From Malacoraja senta (lineage: Eukaryota), in assembly GCA_038087875.1 (NCBI GenBank), contig CM075991.1, forward strand, positions 8,000,001 through 8,064,000: a DNA stretch of 64,000 nucleotides, in the 5' to 3' direction. Below, one piece after another: positions 1 through 11,535 of this stretch. Under the pieces are notes generated by a model. It ran no database searches, was not told the DNA's origin, and saw only the letters and a program-made list of their open reading frames with translations. Position 1 is the first letter of the stretch; the number at the start of each line of letters is the position of its first letter. The translations under genes and the position numbers were made by a program.

Positions 1-284
1 TAAATATCCACCCACCGACCTCCACCCCATCTCCTTGCCCCTATCCCACGGAGATTGAAATTGGCTTGAGTTGTGTCTCTACCTCAGCGTTCTTTGCAGG
101 ACCCCTGTTTGAAAGAGATCAACTCTCCACCTGACTGCATGGATCCAAACCTTGTTTGAATATTTTCACAGGTCAACAGAGGTAATGAAATACCTGAGAA
201 CATCTCCAAGGGTTTGGTGTGGGGTTATGGTGCTAATTGTACAGTTTGTAGATTAGTTTAGTTTGCTTTGGTTAGTTTAGGTTA

Positions 285-596
285 GTTTGTTGTAGTTTAG
301 TTTAGTTTAGACATACAGCATGGACTCAGGCCCTTCAACCCACCGAGTTCACATCGACCATCGATCACCCATTTACACTGGTTCTCTGTTATCCCACTTT
401 CCCATCCGCTTTCCACACATTAGGGACAATTTTAATTAGAGGGCAATTCATGTAAAGGTGTGTCTTTGGGATGTGGGAGGAAACCGGAGCATCCGGAGGA
501 CACCCATGTGGTCACGGGGAGAACGTGCAAACTCGACTCAGACAGCTCCCGAGGTCAGGATCGAACCTGGGTCTCTGGCATTGTAAGGGAGCGGCT
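285..596 (-). mobile_element. tRNA-derived V-SINE (HE1-like), interrupted at its 5' end by the 597-1350 element
   Basis: (AAACT)n tail, V-domain reverse complement TGGGAGGAAACCGGAGCA, B-box-like GGTTCGATCC on minus; head resumes at ~1351-1370. Confidence 0.8.
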
Positions 597-1350
597 CTCT
601 TTTTAGTTTATTGGGTTGTGTATGTGTGGGGTGGGGTGGGGGGGGTGAAACATGATTTTTGTCTCTTCCTTCGGGGGGAATGCGACTTTTTCTTGTCGTA
701 TCCCCCTTCTCTGCCTCCGTCTGCGCTGAGGCGTAATGGCGGAGCTGGCGGCCTCCAACTGCGACCGACCGACCTCGAGGCTCCGGAGGCAGAGCCAGCC
801 AGGACTTACCAACGCGAGGCTGGCTGGCTTCGGGGCTGCGGTGGCGTTCCGGCGTTCCGGCGGTGGCAACCAAAGACACTGGTGGCGACCTGAGTCCGGA
901 GGCTCGGCCGCGGCTGGCCCAGTGGACGACATTGTCGGGAGCTCGCAGGTCACAGGTGGGTGACCTGTTTTTCTGGAGCTCCCGCAACTACAGCTGCGTC
1001 CGCTGGACTGGAGGGCGGCAGCTTCGGCCACCCCGGGCCGCGGGGTTTGAACCGGCCCGTCGCGGAGCTCAGATTCAGCCGCGGGACTGACTTACCCAGC
1101 GGGGTCACAACATCAGAAGCCTGGATCGCCTCAGCGCAGAGGAAGAACAAAGAGGGAAGAGACAGAGACTTTAAGACTTTTGCCTCCATCACAGTGAGGA
1201 GGTGCCTGGTGAACTCACTGTGGTGGATGTTAATTTGTGTTTATTGTGTGTTTTGTTATTTATTATTATATGTATGACTGCAGGCAACGAAGTTTCGTTC
1301 AGACCGAAAGGTCTGAATGACAAATAAAGGAATCTAATCTAATCTAATCT
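597..1350 (+). mobile_element. CpG-rich non-autonomous retroposon with Rex1/L2-like 3' tail (copy 1)
   Basis: Ends in a stem-loop (1295-1320), TGACAAATAAA and (AATCT)n; no credible ORF; related to 53167-54023 and 34695-35551. Confidence 0.65.
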
Positions 1351-1444
1351 TCCAGCATTGCCGCGCCTCGTAGCAGGAACCTACCTGCTGTTCTTTCTGT
1401 TCCTACTCCCACTCTGATGCCTTGTTACTGTTCTTCCTCAGCAG

Positions 1445-1657
1445 GGGCAAACACTGGAGAACTCCAGGCCGCGTCCACACCTGTCGAGACCCTTCCCCGC
1501 TTCCAGGTTGAGCCAGAGAATTCCTACATTGTGAAGAACAATCCCATTAAGCTCCGCTGCAAGGCAATGCCTGCCATGCAGATTTTCTTCAAGTGCAACG
1601 GAGACTGGGTGCATCAGGATGAACACATGCTGGAGGAAGACGTGGATGAAAACACAG
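1445..1657 (+). CDS. UNC5D: Internal coding exon (probably exon 2) of netrin receptor UNC5D-like, N-terminal part of first Ig domain
   Basis: Translates [72 protein letters not shown]. [19 protein letters not shown] matches UNC5D as I recall it (UNC5A/B/C have PATQI). Polypyrimidine tract plus CAGCAG acceptor (1439-1444); donor ACAG|GTAAGT after 1657; phase 1-1; 213 nt. An alternative acceptor would start the exon at 1442. Confidence 0.9.
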
Positions 1658-1699
1658 GTAAGTCACCTTCCTTCTGGGATCCCCGCATACGGACAGTGC

Positions 1700-2022
1700 C
1701 TAGAGTCATAGAGTCATACAAGCAGGCCCTTCAGCCCGACTTGCCCACACCAGCCAACATGTCCCATCTACACCTGCCTGCATTTGGCCCATACCCCTCT
1801 AAACAATCCTATCCATGTACCTTTCTGAATGTTTCTTAAACGTTGCCTCAACTACCTCCTCTGGCAGCTAGTTCCATTCACCCACCACCCTTTGTGTGAA
1901 AAAGTTACCCTTCAGGGTCCTATTAAATCTTTCTCCCCTCACCTTAAACCCATGTCCACTGGTTCTCGATTCCCCAACTGTGGGCAAGAGAGTCTGTGCG
2001 TCTACCTGATCTATTCCTCATG
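1700..2022 (-). mobile_element. CR1-type LINE 3' fragment
   Basis: Reverse strand resembles the CR1 ORF2 C-terminus (..GNFFTQRVV..WN.LP..) followed by an (ACTCTATG)n tail. Confidence 0.8.
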
Positions 2023-2314
2023 AGCGTGTACTCATTTGGAGTTGGATCACCTGACGTATTCATGAGCTGCACTGTATTTCATGACAATGCAGGAGGAGTT
2101 AAATTGGACCATTACGTCTATGCAGTCCCATTGCCCTATTTTCCTCCCGGCAACCTGTTCTCTCTCAGATGCACATCAACTCCGCCCTGACACGAGGGAT
2201 AATTTACAGCAGCTAGTTAATCTTCTGACCAGCATGAGTTGGGACAAGGTGAGAAGACCAGAGGAATTGCATGTGGTTATAGGGGGAACATGCAAACATA
2301 TGAGGTTGGAACAT

Positions 2315-2612
2315 TGGATCAGCTGGTAGAGCAGCTGCCTCACGGCGCTGAAAACCCGGGTTCGATCCTGGCCTCGGGTTCTGCCTGTGTGGAGTTGGCA
2401 TGTTCTCCCCGTGGCCAGGTGGGTTTCCTCCGGTTTCCACCCACATCCCAAGGACGTGCGGGTTTGTAGGTTCATTGGCCTCTGTACATTTTGATGGGAG
2501 GGGATGGGAAAGTGGGATAACAGGACTAGAGTGAACGGGTGATCGACGGTCAGCATGGACTTGTTGGGGCCGAAGGGCCTGTCTCCATTTTGTAGCTTTC
2601 AATCAATCAAAC
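2315..2612 (+). mobile_element. V-SINE
   Basis: GGTAGAGCAGCTGCCTCAC..GGTTCGATCC..GTGGAGTT.GCATGTTCTCCCCGTG..GGTTTCC; CR1-derived tail GGGCCGAAGGGCCTG. Confidence 0.85.
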
Positions 2613-2623
2613 AAACCAGCGTT

Positions 2624-2866
2624 AGACAATAGACAATAGGTGCAGGAGTAGGCCATTCGGCCCCTCGAGCCAGCATCCCCATTCTCTGTGATCATGGCTG
2701 ATCATCCACGATCAGTTCCTGCCTTCTCCCCATACCCCTTGACTCCGCTATCTTTAAGAGCTCTGTCTAGCTCTCTCTTGAAAGCATCCAGAGAACCATC
2801 CTCCACTGCCCTCTGCGGCAGAGAATTCCACAGACTCACAACTCTCTGTGAGAAAAAGTGTCTCCT
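2624..2866 (-). mobile_element. CR1 LINE 3' fragment, (CTATTGT)n-tailed subfamily
   Basis: Same sequence as 4740-4990 in reverse orientation. Confidence 0.85.
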
Positions 2867-3097
2867 CAAACCTACAAACCAGTTCTCTACAAGCCTGTTT
2901 TATTTGAGAGCACGAGTTTCTATACAATGTCCCAAACTGCTTAATATTTGGAGCCATGTGTAGCCTATATACTGGAGCATTGTATGGCCAGTGGATGGGA
3001 AGAATCACTTGTACTTGTGTTGTCTTCTGTGTTCAGTATTTGGTCCCTCTCACAGTTTACACCAACTGGAAGAGTGAGCATAGTTAGAACATGTCAG

Positions 3098-3425
3098 CCT
3101 AGATAGAGTGGATGTTCCCACTTGTGGGAGAGTCTAGGACCAGAGGCTATAGCCTCAGAATTAACAGGTTCCTTTAGGAAGGAGATGAGGAGAAGTTCCT
3201 TTAGTCATTGGGTGGTGAATCTGTGGAATTCATTGCCACAGACAGCTGTGGAGGCCAAGTCAATGGATATTAAGGCAGAGATAGATAGATTCTTGATAAA
3301 TACATGTGTTCGTTAGGGTTATGGGGAGAAGGCAGGAGAATTGGGTTAAGAGGGAAAGATTGATCAGCCATGATTGAATGGCAAATTGACTTGTTGGGCC
3401 TAATTCTACTCCTAGCATTATGAAC
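3098..3425 (+). mobile_element. CR1 LINE 3' fragment
   Basis: ORF 3122-3316 contains FRKEMRRSSFSHWVVNLWNSLPQTAVEAKS. Confidence 0.85.
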
Positions 3426-3644
3426 ACAAACTTATAAACTTCTGGCACCATTTTGAAGTTGTTGATTCAGGTCCTTTATATCGAATGATCTGACTATAAC
3501 TTAATGAAAGAAATATCACCAATTGATCAGCAGTATTTTTTTACTTTTCTCTTATAATTTACCAGACCCACCTCCACTATTGTCCATGTAAAGATGATTT
3601 AATATAAGGCAACGGAGGCGTGGGACTTTTAGTTTAAGTCAAGG

Positions 3645-3945
3645 GAGGCAGCGGTAAATTTGCTGCCTTACATCACCAGTGACCCGGGTCCCGGGTTCGA
3701 TTCCGACTACGGGTGCTGTCTGTACGGAGTTTGTACGTTCGCCCCGTGACCTGCGTGGGTTTCCTCCGAGATCTTCGCTTTCCTCCAGCGCTCCAAAGAC
3801 GTACAGGTTTGTAGGTTAACTGGCTTGGTATAAGTGTAAAATTGTCCTTACTGTGCGTCGGGTAGTGTTAGTGTGCGGGGATCGCTGGTCGGCGTGGACA
3901 CGGTGGGCTGAAGGGCCTGTTTCCGCGCTGTATCTCTAAACTAAC
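3645..3945 (+). mobile_element. V-SINE
   Basis: tRNA-like head, V-domain, tail CCTGTTTCCGCGCTGTATCTCTAAACTAA. Confidence 0.85.
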
Positions 3946-4324
3946 CCTGTGCTCAGAGAAGCATTCCTTAAGAAATGAGAATTCAATTTATTGTCATTGC
4001 AATAATGATGCTTTCGGGTCTGAAAGCTTTTGTTTCACTTATGTTGGGGGGAGTGGGGGGGGGGGGTCTTATAATAAGCTACACATATATCAAATTAACT
4101 TATGGCAGTGCCTGAAGAGTTGGTTTCTGTCTCCCAGTTTTGCTAGCATTCACTGAGAGGAAATTGCCAATCATTCAGCGTCAGGTGTCAAAGAAATAGC
4201 TGTGAGATGTCAGAATATTGAGTGGTCAGAAGAAGTAATGGTGGATATCGTAGCTACCTGCACCAGGATTGCTGACAAATTGTGTTGCACATGTGCAGAA
4301 TTAGAAATAGGCACTCTATTCCAC

Positions 4325-4490
4325 GGTAGACACAAAATGCTGGAGTAACTCAGTGGGACAGGCAACCTCTCTGGAGAGAAGGAATGGGTGATGTTTTGGG
4401 TCCAGACTCTTCTTCAGTCTGAAGAAGGGTCTCGACCCGAAACGTCACCCATTCCTTCTCTCCAGAGATGATGGTGCCTGAGTTACAAGG
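4325..4490. mobile_element. Penelope pLTR-derived inverted (fold-back) pair with hammerhead motif at 4419-4446
   Basis: Inverted arms around TTCAGTCTGAAG; CTGAAGA-A-GGGTCTCGACCC-GAAAC-GTC. Confidence 0.75.
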
Positions 4491-4990
4491 TTAATTCCCT
4501 ACAAGGTTAATTCCCGGGATGGCGGGACTGTCATATGCTGAGAGAATGGAGCAGCTGGGCTTGTACATTCTGGAGTTTAGAAGGATGAGAGGGTATCTCA
4601 TTGAAACATAAACAGATTGTTATGGGCTTGGACACGCTAGAGGCAGGAAACATGTTCCCGATGATGGGGGAGTACAGAACCAGGGGCCACAGTTTAAGAA
4701 TAAGGAGTAAGCCATTTAGAACGGAGACGAGGAAACACATTTTCTCACAGAGAGTGGTGAGTCTGTGGAATTCTTTGCCTCAGAGGACGGTGGAGGCAGG
4801 TTCTCTGGATGCTTTCAAGAGAGAGCTAGATAGGGCTCTTAGAAATAGCGGAGTCAGGGGATATGGGGAGAAGGCAGGAACGGGGTACTGATTGGGGATG
4901 ATCAGCCATGATCACATTGAATGGCGGTGCTGGCTCGAAGGGCCAAATGGCCTACTCCTGCACCTATTGTCTATTGTCTATTGTCTATTG
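4485..4990 (+). mobile_element. CR1 LINE 3' fragment with (CTATTGT)n tail
   Basis: ORF 4601-4891 GLDTLEAGNMFP..RTRGHSLRI..FSQRVVSLWNSLP is the CR1 ORF2 C-terminus. Confidence 0.9.
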
Positions 4991-5366
4991 AGTTCCTCCA
5001 GCATTTTGTGTCTACCTTTGATTTAAACCAGCATCTGCAGTTGCTTCTGACACACTCTATTCCAAGCTCTGTCTTGAGACTATACCAGGGGTTATTGGGA
5101 AAAGGCAGGAGACTGGGGTTGAGAGGGAAAGATAGATCAGCCATGATTGAATGAGTAGAATTGATGGGCTGAATGGCCTAATTCTGTTCATAGAACTTTG
5201 GAACTTATGACTCGAAGGGTCTCCTCTCCATGTCCTCCAGAGATGCTGGCTGACCCACTGAGTTATTCTAGCACATCGCTTTCTTGAAAGCTTCCAGTAC
5301 CTGCAGTTCCTCGTGTTAGATGAAGCTCTCCTTGTTGATTTGCTCATTCGTGTCCTTACACTCAAC

Positions 5367-5705
5367 ATTCCCAATCTGACCTTTCTGTCCTGGGCCTCCT
5401 CCATTGTCAGAGTGAAGCCCAGCGCAAATTGGAGGAACAGCACCTCATATTTCGCTTGGGTAGTTTGCACCCCAGTGGTATGAACATTGACTTGTCTAAC
5501 CTTCGAAAGCCCTTGCTTTCTCCCTCCATCCCCTTCCCATTCCCAGTTCTCCCACTAGTTTTACTGTCCCCGCCTACATTCTATCTCTGTCCCTCCCCTG
5601 ACATCAGTCTGAAGAAGGGTCTCGATCCGAAACATCACCAATTCCTTCTCTCCATAGATGCTGCCTCACCCGCTGAGTTTCTCCAGCATTTTGTGTCTAC
5701 CTTCT
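5367..5705 (+). mobile_element. Penelope-like element 3' fragment (GIY-YIG C-terminus plus pLTR)
   Basis: DLSVLGLLHCQSEAQRKLEEQHLIFRLGSLHPSGMNIDLSN followed by pLTR with hammerhead-like motif at ~5609. Confidence 0.8.
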
Positions 5706-6049
5706 CTGGTTCTTAATCAGCCGCTCGTAGTCTGGTTTTACATGGAGTTTGCAGGTTCTCCCTGAAACTACCGGGTTTGTCCCACCTACCCATCTTTCCC
5801 TTATGCCACTGATGCCCCAGTGGTTGCAGGATAGATGCAAGGCAGGGCAAGGATAGATGCAAGGTAGGGCAATTTTTCTTGAAGTGCCAGAGGATTTCTT
5901 ACATTAGTTTAGTTTAGAGATACAGCGTGGAAACAGGCCCTTCGGCCCACCGAGTCCGCACCGTCCGGCATAGCCTTGCATGATCCCCGTCTCAATGGAG
6001 GGAAGAGGGTTAGTTGTTGACTGCACAGACCAGAAGCTGGTGCTGTTTA

Positions 6050-6580
6050 ATTTTAGTTTAGTTTTTGTTTCGAGATGCAGCACAGAAACAGGCCCTTCAG
6101 CCCACAAAGTCTGTGCTGACCAGCACACTAACACTACCCTACAACTAGGGGACAATTTTACATTTACAACAAGCCAATTAAACTACAAACCTGCACGTCT
6201 TTGGAGTGTGGGAGGAAACCGAAGATCTCTGAGAAAACCCGCGCAGAACGAACAAACTCAGTACAGACAGCACCCGCAGTCGGGATCGAACCCGGGTCTC
6301 TGGCGCTGTAATTTTTATTCTTTGGCTTTCGACACTGGCTGAGGCATTGCCCCTGTTTTTAGTGCTTTTAATGTCTTTTAATTTTTAGTGTGTTTTTTAT
6401 AGTCCTTCGTTTTACGGTTTTTAATGGTTTTTAATTGTTTGTAATAGCTTTTTGTTCATGATTTCTCATGTACAGCACTTTGTGGCAACTGTGGTTGTTT
6501 AAAGTGCTTTATAAATAAAGTTATTATTATTATTATTATTATTATAAGGCAGCAACTCTACCACTGCGCCACCTACCGCC
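6050..6580 (-). mobile_element. V-SINE interrupted by an L2-like tail
   Basis: SINE head split at GCTGTAA..TAAGGCAGC by 6311-6544. Confidence 0.8.
6311..6544 (+). mobile_element. L2-like LINE 3' end
   Basis: TGTACAGCACTTTG..AAAGTGCTTTATAAATAAAG(TTA)n. Confidence 0.65.
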
Positions 6581-7311
6581 CTTAAGTAAGTAAGTAAGTA
6601 AGTAAATAAGTTTATGGGCCAAGTATTCACATACAAGGAATTTGCCTTGGTGCTCCGCCCATCTATCTAAGAAGGCTGACCAAGCCTTTGGCTCAGCATG
6701 TCATTTGAAAGAAGGCATCCTCGATACCGCAGCACTCATCAGCACTGCATTGGAGCAAGACAGGCAGGAATTATTGAGCTTAATGGCTAAAGAGATCGAG
6801 AGACTGGGGGAGAGAACAGGGACAGAGCATTTAATTTGGATATTCAGCTGTGATCACGGTGAGTTATAGCACAAGTGGCCTATTCCTTCTTCTAATTTCT
6901 ATATTTTTATGTTTCTAATCCTGGCAGTGGAATTTAAACCTCACAATTTCCAACATAATTGCAAGGGCGCTCCACAGCTCACACTTGGTCACATCGCATT
7001 GTGGGAATACGATTTTCAGTAATGAATTACTAAGGGCTCCAATTCATAATACACGGCCGTGATCCAGAGATTATTCGCCAGCAAAATTAATGTTGCTCAC
7101 AAAGCGTTTAAAAGCACTAACAAGTCATCATGGGTAGTTTGGCTTAGTTTAGAGATACAGCGCGGAAACAGGCCCTTCAGCCCATCGAGCCAACGCTGAC
7201 CAGCATGAGCTCTATCCCACACACTAGGGCCAATTTATTAATTTACCGAAGCCAAATTAGCCTGCAAACTACGTCTTTGGAATGTGGGAGGAAACCGGAG
7301 CACCCTATGCG

Positions 7312-7565
7312 GTCAAAAACAGCTTTTTTCCACGAGTAGCTCTACTCAATAACCAAAAATCTGTAGCCTCCTTTTGCTCTGGTATTTTATTTAATTCACA
7401 TGTTTAATCGATAATGTTTTATTATTAATGTTTGATGTTTTATGCATCTTTTTCCTAACTGTCACTGTATGTCATGTTGTCACTTGTGGGCGGAGCACCA
7501 AAGCAGATTCCTTGTATGTGAATACTTGGCCAATAAACGTATTCATTCATTCATTCATTCATTCA
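7312..7565 (+). mobile_element. Rex1/Babar-like LINE 3' end inside a V-SINE (7135-7662, -); a second tail copy lies at 6583-6660 (-)
   Basis: Starts with codons for KNSFFPR; ends CCAATAAA(CATT)n. Confidence 0.6.
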
Positions 7566-7929
7566 CAGGGAGAACGTACAAACTCCATGCAGACAGAAAG
7601 GATTGAACCCGGGTCTCATGGGGCCAAAGGGCAGCAACTCTACCGCTGTGCCACCGTGCCACCTCTTGAATTTTCTTTCTTAATATTACTTTCATATACC
7701 TCACTTGACATGATGAAGGCCACTCAGCCCATCGGGTCTACGCTGGCTCTCAGACTAAACCTATCAATGCCATTCACTGATTTATTACCTTGCGGCCTCT
7801 TCTCTATCAAGTATCCATCAAGCTCCCTCAGTTAAAAACAAAGTTCTGGAGGAATGGGGTCAGGCAGCATCTGTGGAGGGAATGGACAGATAATGTTTAG
7901 CAGCCCTTTTATTTTTAACTACCCTTTTA

Positions 7930-8298
7930 CATATAAAATTCTTAAGAGATTGGACAAGCTAGATGCAAGAGAAATGTTCCCGATGTTGGGGGAGTCCAGA
8001 ACCAAGAGTCACAGTTTAAGAATAAGGGGTAGACCGTTTTTGGACTGAGATGGGGAAAAACGTTTTCACCCAGAGAGTTGTGAATCTGTGGAATTCTCTG
8101 CCACAGAAGGCAGTGGAGGCCAATTTACTGGATGTTTACAAGAGAGAGTTAGATAGAGCTCTTAGGGCTAACGGAGTCAAGGGATATGGGGAAATAAGCA
8201 GGAATGGGGTACTGATTCTGGATGATCAGCCATGATCATATTGAATGGCGGTGCTGGCTCGAAGGGCCGAATGGTCTACTCCTGCACCTATGTTTTCC
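7930..8298 (+). mobile_element. CR1 LINE 3' fragment
   Basis: YKILKRLDKLDAREMFPMLGESRTKSHSLRIRG..FTQRVVNLWNSLPQ. Confidence 0.9.
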
Positions 8299-8630
8299 AT
8301 TCCCATACTGACCTTTCTGTCCTAGGCCTCCTCCAATGTCAAAGTGAGGCCACGCACTAATTGGAGGAACAGCACCTCATATTTTGTTTGGGCAGCGGTA
8401 TGAACAGTGATTTCTCTAATTTCAAGTAACCTCTGTATTCTCTCACCCCCACCCCCCACACACCCCTCCCCCACCCTAGTTGTCCTCCTAGTTCCACTGT
8501 TGCATCTTTGCACTGTAGCCCTCTCATCAGCACATCATCCCCAACCAACAATGGACCATGATGGATTCCACACTTCCTGGTGTCATCTGTTTGCCAGCCC
8601 TGGTTTGTTCTGACCTAATCTCACCTCCAG
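8298..8630 (+). mobile_element. Penelope-like 3' fragment
   Basis: Same GIY-YIG C-terminal sequence as 5367-5500 (TTGGAGGAACAGCACCTCATATT). Confidence 0.75.
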
Positions 8631-8892
8631 AGGTTATGGGGAGAAGGCAGGAGAATGGGGTTAGGAGGGAGAGATAGATCAGCCAGGTTTGAATGGCAGA
8701 GTAAACTTGATGGGCCGAATGGCCTAATTCTACTCCTATTCCTTATGACCTTATGAGTTACTCCAGCATTTTGTGTCTATCTTTTATATTATAGATGATG
8801 TTTTGGGTCGGTCCTTTAGACTGGCGTGGTCTTTTGTGTCCCCAACTACCTTCAGTTCTCTTATGGCCTATCTGGCCACAGGGTTATTTACA

Positions 8893-9225
8893 GTCACCGT
8901 CATCATGGCTATCCCTCGAGGTCGAGGATGATGGTCTATGTTCTGTTTTTATGGACACTCAGGTGGCTTATGAGTCCAATCCTGGCTTATGAGTCCAATC
9001 CTGGCTTTGAAAGTTCTTCGGTATTCAGGACAGGGTAATTCCAGATGGCAGATCGGGCTTTGGTTGTTGCTGCCTCTCTTTCCGTTTTCTTCTCGTTTCT
9101 TCTACTTCTGCGCATCTCTTGGCTACGAAGGTCGCTGTTCCTTCTTGGGTGATGGTTTGCCAGAGTTTCCTGTCCTTGGCATTGGTTCGCCAATTGTCGA
9201 TGTTGACCTCAACAGTGCCCCCTGT
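8893..9225 (-). mobile_element. RTE-clade LINE 3' fragment
   Basis: Minus strand IDNWRTNAKDRKLWQTITQEGTATFVAKR..RKRKER then, after a frameshift, CPEYRRTFKARIGLIS(dup)HLSVH, resembling the RTE ORF C-terminal Cys/His motif; (TGA)-like tail. Confidence 0.75.
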
Positions 9226-9807
9226 CTGCCGGCACCTGTAACTCCAGTGACCCAGATTCAATGCTAACCTAACATAGACACAAAAGGTTGGAGTAACTCA
9301 GCGGGACAGGCAGCATCTCTTGAGAGAAGGAATGGGTGACATTTCTGGTCGAGACCCTTCTTCAGACTGACCTCTTCAATGCTGACCTCCAGTGCTATTT
9401 GCTCGGTGTCTGTCTATTCACCCTGCGATAGTGTGGGTCATCTCCACGAACTCCATTCTCACCCCATGTCCCATAGGCGAGCTTAGATGGTTAATTGGCC
9501 ACCATAAATTTCCCACAGTTTGTGGAAGATTACGGGGGAAACCGACGGAAATTTGGGATGAATAAATGGGATTAGTTTAGGATTCGTAGAGGAGAGTCAA
9601 GAGTGTTCAATTGGCATATGATTGTGTTTAATTCACATTGAATGGCGGTGCTGGCTCGAAGGGCCGAATGGCCTACTCCTGCGTCTATTGTCTATTGTGC
9701 ATATGTCCCGCAACGGAACAATGAAATTCTTACTTGCAGCATCATGACAGATAAGCAAAGTGCTCTGTCAAAACCCACAGTAACACAAAAAGGTTCAGTG
9801 TGTGTAT

Positions 9808-10183
9808 AACAATAGACAATAGACAATAGGTGCAGGAGTAGGCCATTTGGCCCTTCGAGCCAGCACCACCATTCAATGTGATCATGGCTGATCATCCCCA
9901 ATCAGTACCCCGTTCCTGCCTTCTCCTCATATCCCCTGACTCCGCTATTTTTAAGAGCCCTATCTAGCTCTCTCTTGAAAGCATCCAGAGAGCCTGCCTC
10001 CACCGCCCTCTGAGGCAGAGAATTCCACAGACTCACCACTCTCTGTGAGAAAAGGTGTTTCCTCGTCTCCGTTCTAAATGGCTTATTCCTTATTCCTGAA
10101 CTGTGGCCCCTGGTTCTGGACTCCCCCAGCATCGGGAACATGTTTCCTGCCTCTAGCGTGTCCAAGCCCTTAACAATCTTATA
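9808..10183 (-). mobile_element. CR1 LINE 3' fragment, (CTATTGT)n subfamily
   Basis: ORF 9902-10165. Confidence 0.9.
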
Positions 10184-10184
10184 A

Positions 10185-10480
10185 CGTGGGAGTCTCGGAC
10201 CAGAAGCCTCAGAATTAAAGGATGTACCTTTAGAAAGGAGATGAGGAGGAATTTCTTTGGCCAGAGGGTGGTGAATCTGTGGAATTCATTGCCACAGACG
10301 GCTGTGGAGGCCAAGTCGATGGATATTTTTATGGTGACGATTGACAGATTCTTGATTAGTGCGGGTGTCAGGGGTTATGGGGAGAAGGCTGGAGAATGGG
10401 GTTCAGAGGGAGAGATAGACCAGCCATGATTGAATGGTGGAGTAGACTTGATGAGCCGAATGGTCTAATTTTACTCCTAT
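10185..10480 (+). mobile_element. CR1 LINE 3' fragment
   Basis: ORF 10241-10429 MRRNFFGQRVVNLWNSLPQ. Confidence 0.85.
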
Positions 10481-11281
10481 TGGGCTGAACGGTCTGTTTC
10501 CATGGTGACTCTTACTAACCCGGTAAATTTGAGAGATGATAAAAGGCGTGATTTAAATACAAGCCTTTCTTTTCCATTCTTACCTGGAAGCAGGTTTGTT
10601 GAGGACCTTATTTGTAAAATCTGCATTGTATCAGCTTGCAGACTCATGCTGCAAGACATCTGCATACGGACGGGCACTTTGATGGGCAATATCACATCAC
10701 CCAAATTTGTCCCTAGCGCTTGTCTGATTCCACAAAGGGAATAGAATTGGCTGTGGGCAGCTTAGCGAGCTGCAGAATTCATCGCTCACCAATGCCAAAA
10801 TGTTCATTTTACCTGCTGCTAGACCTTTCAAAGAATGGACACCCGGGGAGTGATTCCTTGCCTGCAATTTAATCAAAAAGCTCAAGATATCATAAACAGC
10901 CAGTCTGATACCATCATCTACATCTAAAAATTTGATTATAGTCTGGAATGAATTTGGTTCCAACTTTCCTCGGGTTTAATTATGTATACAGTGTTCATTT
11001 TGCGTAGGAGGTTTTTTATCTTTTGTTTAAGACAGAAAGGAAAGCATTTTATTTACATTTCTCGACATCTCATCTTTCAGCAATGCCACAAAGAGCTGTG
11101 CAAAGCATTTTGGAGCACGAGTCATTGTTTTCCAGAGAAACTTAGTAACTCTGCTTTCAAAATCTCAGGCAGCCCAAATGAGATGAAAGGGCTACCGTTG
11201 ATTGAACTGGAAATGCTGGCCAGGAGGTAGAGTTGTTGGGTTATACAATACGGAGGAGGGCCCTTCAGCCCCACTCCACCA

Positions 11282-11535
11282 GAGCCAGGGACCCGGGTTC
11301 GGTGCTGTCTGTGCGGAGTTTGTCCGTTCTCCCCGTGACCTGCGTGGATTTTCTCCCAGATCTTTGCTTTCCTCCCACACTCCAAAGACGTACAGGTTTG
11401 CAGGTTAATTGGCTTTGGTATAAATGTAAAATGTCCCTGTTGTGTGTTAGTGTGTGGGGATCGCTGGTCAGTGCAGACTCGGTGGGCCGAAGGGCCTGCT
11501 CACGCGCTGTATCTCTGGACTGAACTGAACTAAAC
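11282..11535 (+). mobile_element. V-SINE
   Basis: V-domain and tail motifs. Confidence 0.8.

Noticed and set aside
471..1277. Cluster of overlapping ORFs, also at 34773-35468 and 53271-53995
   Set aside because: GC-rich stop-poor repeat bodies with ORFs in many frames and no recognisable domain or shared peptide between copies.
1417..1839. 140-aa ORF as a complete gene
   Set aside because: Only 1445-1657 is exon; the rest is intron and CR1 sequence beyond canonical splice sites.
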